Source: Candidatus Thorarchaeota archaeon
Lineage (GTDB): Archaea; Asgardarchaeota; Thorarchaeia; Thorarchaeales; Thorarchaeaceae
Length of the DNA: 62,734 nucleotides
Assembly: GCA_004524565.1 (NCBI GenBank)
Contig: SDNZ01000003.1
Coordinates: 1 to 62,734 of the forward strand
Direction of reading: 5' to 3'
Shown here: positions 56,352-62,734 of the stretch, one piece after another
Numbering within the stretch: position 1 is the first letter of the stretch
Layout: every line of letters starts with the position of its first letter
Program-made: the position numbers and the translations under genes
Notes under the pieces: generated by a model
Database searches by the model: none
What the model was told of the DNA's origin: nothing
The model's input: the letters and a program-made list of their open reading frames with translations, nothing else

Positions 56352-58235
56352 TTAAGTTGTTTCAATGGTTCTGCGTTTTTGAATGATAGATACAGTGCAG
56401 TATACAATGACAATGAGTGAACTAGAGCCCAACGAAATACTGAATACACTTAGCAAATTCATCTCGGGAATTGTAGTTTGATTTGTTTGGGAAGTTGAAT
56501 TGGTTTCGGTCGTTGAAACAACTTGTGTTTCAGTAGTTAAAGCACTTGGAGTTGCTGCATAGTAAAAGAGTGGATTTCTCTCTAATCTGTAAAACTCTCC
56601 CGCTTCATAATCCGCGAATATGAATGGTCCACAGTTTACATGAGGCTCTGCTGGATCAAACACTGGGTTCCAAGTTTCCCAATCATCATAGCCTACTCCA
56701 GTGTCATCATTGAAGATATGTTCTGGAATGATGTAGTCATATGCAAAGTTGCTGAAGTGCCAGTATGACTCAGTATTGAACTCGATGACTGCCCTGAATG
56801 GAGTTGGTGCATATGCTGCTGCCAGGTCTCCAATATCAGTACCTGCGGGATTATCGTATAATGCACTTTCAAAAGCATAGGTAAGGCTGAATGCGACATC
56901 CTCTGCGGTGACTGGTTCACCATCACTCCAAGTTGCGTTCTGAATGATATCGAACGTAAATCGTGTGTGACCATCTGGAATTGCTGGATTGGTTGAATGG
57001 ATTTCGACTAGCATGCTCTCTGCAATGTCTGGGATTGGATTCATATCTGGCCCAAATTGATATAGTGAAGGCCAGAGATTAGCCAGAATAGACTCAGAGG
57101 ATTGTGAATCTGTGTTGTAGATGTTGAAGCTGTCAGGTTCTTCGCTGATAGCAATGGGAACTGTGCCACCAAATGTACCATCGATTTTCTGAATCTTCCT
57201 CATGGTCCAGGGACCTGAGATGTATCTTCCAAGATCTTCGACATGACCAGTGAACTGGTCGTTTCTGTACCCCTGCATGTAGGTGTTCTCATATACAACA
57301 AGTATTGGAACGTTGTAGTGAAGGATCTCCTGCATCTCAGCAACTGCCTCATAGACCTCCTCGTAGGTTGTACCGTAAAGGAGTCCGTCTCTGCAGGCAT
57401 CGTAGGAAGAATTAACAAAGTTGGTTGGGTTCTCGTACTCAACATCTGCGTACTCTGACCAGTAGTCATATGCAAGCCAGTCAACATCGTTGCTATAGAA
57501 GTTTGTAGCAAAGAAGACCATGTCGTAATCTCCATGGCTGTCTAGCCTTGACATGTATTCATTGAAATCTGATGAACGAGTCCTAGCATTGATATATAGA
57601 GAATCTAATGCTTCAACGCCTATCTGTGCTATGTATCCATTGTTTGTATACTCAATAATAATCTCAAATGGCGAACCATTCGGGGCCAATCTGAATCCTG
57701 TTTCTTCATCTATTACAAAATTCAAATCATCAAGAATTTGATTTCCAATTTCTGGTTGAGCAGTATAGTAATGAAAGTCGAATTGCTCTTCAACGCTCCA
57801 ACTATTTGCCCGAGGGACAAGTGAATCATGCTCGATAGAGAATCCGTACATTACTTCTTCAGTTACTTTTGTTTTATTAAACGCAAATGCGAAGGCTCTT
57901 CTCAGCCCACTGATATTGAGTGGATATTTTGCACAATTGATTGTGAGATGACCATACCCATTTCTCAAAGTACTGGCGATATCTATGTCAGGATCTGCTG
58001 CCAATGTCGGAAGGTGAACTGGATCAAAAAAGCTATTGTCCATTTCAATCTCACCGGCTTGAAGAGCAAGAATCCTCTGATCTTGGTTTGCAATTACCTT
58101 GAAGATGATCTCGTCAACATACGGTCCTGTTTGCAAAGCGCCTGATTCTGACCAACTACTAGTTTCAGGAATTCCACTAAATGTTACCATAAGAAGTGCT
58201 ACTGTGATTAGTATAGTATACCTGATTCTCCTCAA
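56352..58235 (-). CDS. Family-5 solute-binding protein, permuted (copy 5)
   Basis: Same motif order. Confidence 0.88.
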   Translation of the reverse strand: MRRIRYTILITVALLMVTFSGIPETSSWSESGALQTGPYVDEIIFKVIANQDQRILALQAGEIEMDNSFFDPVHLPTLAADPDIDIASTLRNGYGHLTINCAKYPLNISGLRRAFAFAFNKTKVTEEVMYGFSIEHDSLVPRANSWSVEEQFDFHYYTAQPEIGNQILDDLNFVIDEETGFRLAPNGSPFEIIIEYTNNGYIAQIGVEALDSLYINARTRSSDFNEYMSRLDSHGDYDMVFFATNFYSNDVDWLAYDYWSEYADVEYENPTNFVNSSYDACRDGLLYGTTYEEVYEAVAEMQEILHYNVPILVVYENTYMQGYRNDQFTGHVEDLGRYISGPWTMRKIQKIDGTFGGTVPIAISEEPDSFNIYNTDSQSSESILANLWPSLYQFGPDMNPIPDIAESMLVEIHSTNPAIPDGHTRFTFDIIQNATWSDGEPVTAEDVAFSLTYAFESALYDNPAGTDIGDLAAAYAPTPFRAVIEFNTESYWHFSNFAYDYIIPEHIFNDDTGVGYDDWETWNPVFDPAEPHVNCGPFIFADYEAGEFYRLERNPLFYYAATPSALTTETQVVSTTETNSTSQTNQTTIPEMNLLSVFSISLGSSSLIVIVYCTVSIIQKRRTIETT

Positions 58236-58282
58236 ATCAGCTCACCAAAACCTCCAATCCAAAACAATACTGTGTATTTGAT

Positions 58283-58299
58283 AATTTAACTTCTTGGAA
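58283..58299 (-). promoter_or_regulatory. BRE/TATA-like promoter of copy 5
   Basis: TTCCAAGAAGTTAAATT; TATA 49-54 nt upstream. Confidence 0.62.
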
Positions 58300-58331
58300 T
58301 CAAGCCGATGTAACTGGGACTATCAATGGAT

Positions 58332-60230
58332 CTATTGATTTCTGCGGGTCTGGATTATAGAAACCACACAGTATAGCATCACAATTCCTGAAACTGAACC
58401 TATTGATACACTGAATACTTGTGACCAATTCATTTCTAGCGGAGTCTGATTTGTAGCAGTAGTAGTTGTAGTAGTAGTTGCAGTAGTAGCAGTAGTAGTA
58501 GTTACGATAGTAGCAACACTTGAACTTGCTATATAGTGAAAGAGTGGGTTCCTTTCTAATTTGTAGAACTCACCAGCTTCGTAATCTGAGAAGATATACG
58601 GACCACAATTCACGTTAGGTTGTTCTGGATCATATACTGGATTCCAATCGAACCAACCCTCATACCCAATTCCATTTTCATCATTAAAGATGTGTTCTGG
58701 AATGATGTAGTCAAATGCAAAATTACTGAAGTGCCAGTATGATTCAGTGTTGAACTCAATAATTGCAGTGTATGGTGTCGGTGCATATGCCGCAGCCAAG
58801 TCCCACATATCAGCACCTGCTGGGTTTCCGTAACGTTCACTCTCATACGCATATGTGAGGCTGAATGCTACATCCTCTGCAGTTAATGGGGTTCCATCAC
58901 TCCATGTTGCGTTCTGGATTATATCAAAGGTGAAACGTGTATGACCATCAGGTACTGCAGGATTATCGCTGTGAGTTTCCGTCAAGACATTTTTTGCCAA
59001 ATCAGATACGGGTGTCAAATCTGGTCCATATTGATACAAGGATGGCCAGAGATTAGCAAGGAGTGCTTCAGAATAGCTAGAATCTGTATCATAGATATTG
59101 AAACTGTCAGGTTCTTCGGCGATTGCAATAGTGACTGTGCCACCAAATGTACCATCTAGTTTGTGAATTTTTCTTAAGGTCCAGGGACCAGAAATGTATC
59201 TACCAAGGTCTTCTACATGACCAGTGAACTGATCATTTCTATATCCTTGCATGTAGGTGTTCTCAAAGACAACAAGCCTGGGCACGTTGTACTGGAGAAT
59301 CTTCTGCATCTCAGAAGCAGCTTCATAGACTTCCTCATAGGTTGTACCGTAGAGGAGGGCGTCTCTCCAGCTGTCATAGGTTTCATTAGCAAAGTTCGTT
59401 GGGTTTTCATATTCTACATCTACATACTCCGACCAATATTCGTGTGCAAGCCAGTCAACATCATTATCATAGAAGTTTACCGCATACCAGACCATGTCGT
59501 AATCTCCATGGCTGTCTAGCCTTGAAATGTACTCGTTGAAGTCTGCTGCACGAGTTCTAGCATTGATGTGTAGAGAATGTAGCGCGTCTACGCCTACTTG
59601 CGGAAGGGCTCCAGCTAATTCACAACTACATGCTGCATATTCAATCGTGATATTAAACGGAGTACCATCCGGGGCTAATCTGAATCCAGTCCCTTCATCT
59701 ATTGTAAAATTCAAATCATCAAGGATCTGGTTACCGATTTCTGGTTGAGCGGTATAGTAATGCCAATCAAATTGGTCTTCGGCACACCAACCATTTGGCA
59801 GAGGAACTAGTGAATCATGCTCGATAGAGAATCCATCCATGATTTCTTCCGTGACTCTTGTTTTATCAAACGCAAATGCGAAGGCTCTTCTCAATCCACT
59901 GATATTGAGCGGATACTTAGCACAGTTGATGGTAAGATGACCATACCCGTTCCTGATTCCGTGATGTATTGAAATTTCCGGGTCTGCAGCCAGTGTAGCA
60001 AAGTGAACTGGGTCGAAAAAGCTATTGTCCATTTCTATCTCGCCAGATTGGAGAGCAAGAATCCTCTGGTCTTGGTTTGCAATTACCTTGAAGATGATCT
60101 CATCAACATAGGGGCCTCTTTGTATTGGATCTGAATCACTCCATGCATTAGCAATGTGAACACTTGAGTATGAACTGAGTATTATAACTACTATTGCAAG
60201 CATAGACATTGCATAAAGGCGACTCCTCAA
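58332..60230 (-). CDS. Family-5 solute-binding protein, permuted (copy 6)
   Basis: Same motif order; ACSC loop; longest Thr linker. Confidence 0.88.
   Translation of the reverse strand: MRSRLYAMSMLAIVVIILSSYSSVHIANAWSDSDPIQRGPYVDEIIFKVIANQDQRILALQSGEIEMDNSFFDPVHFATLAADPEISIHHGIRNGYGHLTINCAKYPLNISGLRRAFAFAFDKTRVTEEIMDGFSIEHDSLVPLPNGWCAEDQFDWHYYTAQPEIGNQILDDLNFTIDEGTGFRLAPDGTPFNITIEYAACSCELAGALPQVGVDALHSLHINARTRAADFNEYISRLDSHGDYDMVWYAVNFYDNDVDWLAHEYWSEYVDVEYENPTNFANETYDSWRDALLYGTTYEEVYEAASEMQKILQYNVPRLVVFENTYMQGYRNDQFTGHVEDLGRYISGPWTLRKIHKLDGTFGGTVTIAIAEEPDSFNIYDTDSSYSEALLANLWPSLYQYGPDLTPVSDLAKNVLTETHSDNPAVPDGHTRFTFDIIQNATWSDGTPLTAEDVAFSLTYAYESERYGNPAGADMWDLAAAYAPTPYTAIIEFNTESYWHFSNFAFDYIIPEHIFNDENGIGYEGWFDWNPVYDPEQPNVNCGPYIFSDYEAGEFYKLERNPLFHYIASSSVATIVTTTTATTATTTTTTTATNQTPLEMNWSQVFSVSIGSVSGIVMLYCVVSIIQTRRNQ
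58453..58503 (-). repeat. Imperfect (ACT)n trinucleotide tract encoding the poly-Thr stalk
   Basis: gtagcagtagtagttgtagtagtagttgcagtagtagcagtagtagtagtt on + encodes TTTTATTATTTTTTTAT. Confidence 0.8.
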
Positions 60231-60277
60231 TCTCCTTCACCAAACCTCCAATATCTATTAGAAATTAGAACTATCTT

Positions 60278-60294
60278 GATTTAACTTCTTTGAA
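60278..60294 (-). promoter_or_regulatory. BRE/TATA-like promoter of copy 6
   Basis: TTCAAAGAAGTTAAATC, identical to the copy-2 element; TATA 49-54 nt upstream. Confidence 0.65.
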
Positions 60295-60349
60295 TTTCGG
60301 TCATTTGCTATATTCAATGATATTCTAATGTTGAGATTTCAAGATCACT

Positions 60350-62215
60350 CTAGACCTTACGGTTCTGATGTCTAGCAATAACATAGACAATAACAACCAT
60401 CCCTGTACCTGTAATTACTGTTGTGCCAATCATTATTGGCCAGAACATATCTGAAGTCGTCGTCTGATTGTTTGCTGTCGATGTTGTGTTTGTCGTAGTG
60501 GTAGGAGGAGTAATTGCATATTGGAATTGAGTATTTCTGACCATTCTGTAGTAGTCATGTTCCACGTAATCTGAAAAGACGAAAGGACCACAGGTCACAT
60601 GAGGGTCATTTGGATCAAATACTGGATTCCATGTATTCCATCCCTCATACCCAATCCCACCAGAGTCATTGAAAATGTGAACTGGGATGATATATCGGTA
60701 AGCAAAATTGTTGAAGTGCCAGTATGATTCTGTGGTATATTCAACGACAACTTTGCTAAGCGTGGGTGAATAGACCGCTACCATATCTGAAGCCAGTTTA
60801 CCTGCTGGGTATCCAAAAGGTGCGCTTTCTTTTGCATAGATATAGGTGAACGCAATATCATCTGCTGTCAATGGGATACCATCGCTCCATGTCGCATTCT
60901 GAACGATGTCGACTGTGAAGCGGGTATGACCATCAGGAACAGCTGGATTATCAGAGTGAGTTTCAATCACTAAGTTGGTAGCAATATCGGGAATAGGTGT
61001 GATGTCCGGGCTATATTTGTAGAGAGATGGCCATATGTTCTCAAAGACAGCATTGCAACAGTATGCACTATATAATGAAAAGATGTTGAAAGTGCAAGGG
61101 TCTTGCTGAATAGCGACGCGAGCACTTCCACCGAAAGACCCATTGATGAGATGCATATTCCGCAATGTCCAAGGACCCGCCATGTATTGACCCATGTCTT
61201 CAACATGTCCTGTGAACTGATCATTTCTGTATGCCTGCATGAATGTCCTTTCAAAGGCAATAAGAACTGGGACATTGTAGTGTAGGATCTTCTGCATCTC
61301 TGCTGATGCTTCATAGACATCTTCATAGCTTGTACCATAGAGGAGTTGATCTATCCATATGTCAAATGTATCGTTAGCGAAGCTAGATGGATTTTCACCG
61401 TCGAAGTCTGCATATTCTGAACCAAAATCGTAAGCCAACCAATCAATATCGTTGTTGTAAAATTGTCTTGTAGAAAAAGCTATATCATAATCGCCATGGG
61501 TTATCAATCTGGTAACGTAATCATTGAAGTCTATTGCATGTTTTTCCGCATTGATACCCAGACTTCGAAGGGCATCAACTGCAAGTTGACTTGTTTCACT
61601 GTATCCATCACAAGAGCATGCTGGATATGCTATTTCAACACAGAATGGGGTACCATCTGGTGTTTCTCTAAATCCCGTTCCTGTATTGATTGTGAAGTTC
61701 AAATCATCCAGTATTTGATTCCCTACTTCTGGTTGTGCCGCATAGTAATTCCACGTGAATTGGTCTTCTATACACCACGGATTGCATTTCGGTAAAACAG
61801 AGTCGAGTTCAACACTGAAACCGTACAGTATTTCAGTTGCGCCTTTAGTCTTGTTGAATGCATAGGCGAAGGCTCTTCTAAATCCACTAATGTTGAGTGG
61901 ATATTTTGCACAGTTGATAACTAGCTGGTGATATCCATTATTCTCTGCTTGAAATATTGAGATATCTGGGTCTGCTTCAAATGTTTGAAGATGAACTGGA
62001 TCGAAAAAGCTCGCATCCAACTCAATATCTCCTGATTGGAGAGCAAGCGCTCGTTGATCTTGGTTTAGCACCTTGAAGATGACCTCGTCAATATATGGTC
62101 CTGTCACAAGTGATTCCGATTCAAAGAATCCACTAGTCACGATCACTTCACTCATCGATACTACAAGTAAAGCCGCAATCACCAGCAATGCAGTAGTTGG
62201 AAAGGGTCTCCTCAA
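60350..62215 (-). CDS. Family-5 solute-binding protein, permuted (copy 7)
   Basis: Same motif order; ACSC loop and AYCC. Confidence 0.88.
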   Translation of the reverse strand: MRRPFPTTALLVIAALLVVSMSEVIVTSGFFESESLVTGPYIDEVIFKVLNQDQRALALQSGDIELDASFFDPVHLQTFEADPDISIFQAENNGYHQLVINCAKYPLNISGFRRAFAYAFNKTKGATEILYGFSVELDSVLPKCNPWCIEDQFTWNYYAAQPEVGNQILDDLNFTINTGTGFRETPDGTPFCVEIAYPACSCDGYSETSQLAVDALRSLGINAEKHAIDFNDYVTRLITHGDYDIAFSTRQFYNNDIDWLAYDFGSEYADFDGENPSSFANDTFDIWIDQLLYGTSYEDVYEASAEMQKILHYNVPVLIAFERTFMQAYRNDQFTGHVEDMGQYMAGPWTLRNMHLINGSFGGSARVAIQQDPCTFNIFSLYSAYCCNAVFENIWPSLYKYSPDITPIPDIATNLVIETHSDNPAVPDGHTRFTVDIVQNATWSDGIPLTADDIAFTYIYAKESAPFGYPAGKLASDMVAVYSPTLSKVVVEYTTESYWHFNNFAYRYIIPVHIFNDSGGIGYEGWNTWNPVFDPNDPHVTCGPFVFSDYVEHDYYRMVRNTQFQYAITPPTTTTNTTSTANNQTTTSDMFWPIMIGTTVITGTGMVVIVYVIARHQNRKV

Positions 62216-62262
62216 TCTATCTCACCTTAACCTCCACGCTATTATACTAATGTCAAATGTTC

Positions 62263-62275
62263 ATATAACCTCTCT
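62263..62275 (-). promoter_or_regulatory. TATA-like promoter of copy 7
   Basis: AGAGAGGTTATAT; TATA 48-53 nt upstream. Confidence 0.55.
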
Positions 62276-62310
62276 CAATTAATCATATGATTCCAATAAA
62301 TCGAAATATA

Positions 62311-62734
62311 TCATGGGCTCTCAGTGCTCTTGCGTTTTTGAATAATAGATACAGTGCAATATACAATAACAATTCCCGTGCCTGTAATTACAGCAGTAAA
62401 AGCGATTGTTGGCAATAATGAATTTGGTTGTGAAGTCTGATTTGTTGCACTTGAAGTAGTTGTCAGGTCCTCCACGACTCTATAATGAAACAATGGATTC
62501 TTTTCCAATGCGTAATAATCCCCTTCTACATACTCTTTGAAAATAAACGGACCACAATTCACGTTAGGTTCAGAAGAATTGTACACAGGATTCCAAGTGT
62601 CCCATCCATCATATCCAATGCCAGTACTATCATTGAAAATATGTAAGGGAATGACATAATCAAATGCGAAATCAATGAAATGCCAATACGATTCCGATGA
62701 AAATTCAACAACGCAAGTATAAGTTGAGAGCGCA
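62311..62734 (-). CDS. Family-5 solute-binding protein (copy 8, 5' part off the window)
   Basis: The frame stays open to the window edge: ...EFSSESYWHFIDFAFDYVIPLHIFND...NCGPFIF...KNPLFHY, linker, TM helix. Confidence 0.88.
   Translation of the reverse strand, partial: ALSTYTCVVEFSSESYWHFIDFAFDYVIPLHIFNDSTGIGYDGWDTWNPVYNSSEPNVNCGPFIFKEYVEGDYYALEKNPLFHYRVVEDLTTTSSATNQTSQPNSLLPTIAFTAVITGTGIVIVYCTVSIIQKRKSTESP

Noticed and set aside
48440-62734. SBP array as a CRISPR array, integron or mobile element
   Set aside because: The repeats are ~2-kb coding paralogues; there are no short repeat-spacer units, attC sites, integrase, transposase or terminal inverted repeats.

Overview
Gene-dense archaeal chromosomal window, most likely from an Asgard archaeon. 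Thorarchaeota is my inference from the Rab-like GTPase, the gelsolin, longin and roadblock domains, and the expanded C-terminally anchored surface and solute-binding proteins; I have not verified it by phylogeny. I saw no rRNA, tRNA, CRISPR array or transposase. Left to right: porGDA; two beta-helix surface proteins; an Alba/SpoVS-fold gene; a NitT/TauT ABC transporter with a convergent ATPase gene; a 775-aa FG-GAP propeller + Ig-like + Rab fusion; a pair of unknown Cys-rich paralogues; iorAB; a DHH phosphoesterase; three TrmB-like paralogues; a candidate ncRNA; a geranylgeranyl reductase; a motif-degenerate Hef-like helicase; an AcpS-FkbH-ACP cluster; zinc-ribbon membrane proteins; gelsolin; a Zn-ADH/AhpD/LplA/E1/E2 lipoate neighbourhood with no E3 and a chimeric ADH-E2 scar; a Tes-like radical SAM enzyme; a bactofilin-like protein; a longin-roadblock fusion; CobO with an isobutyryl-CoA-mutase-type subunit; and a 14-kb tandem array of at least 8 family-5 solute-binding proteins. 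The array proteins appear circularly permuted, each full-length copy has its own promoter, and they share sequence in a mosaic pattern. All family assignments come from motif recognition by eye; no searches were run.
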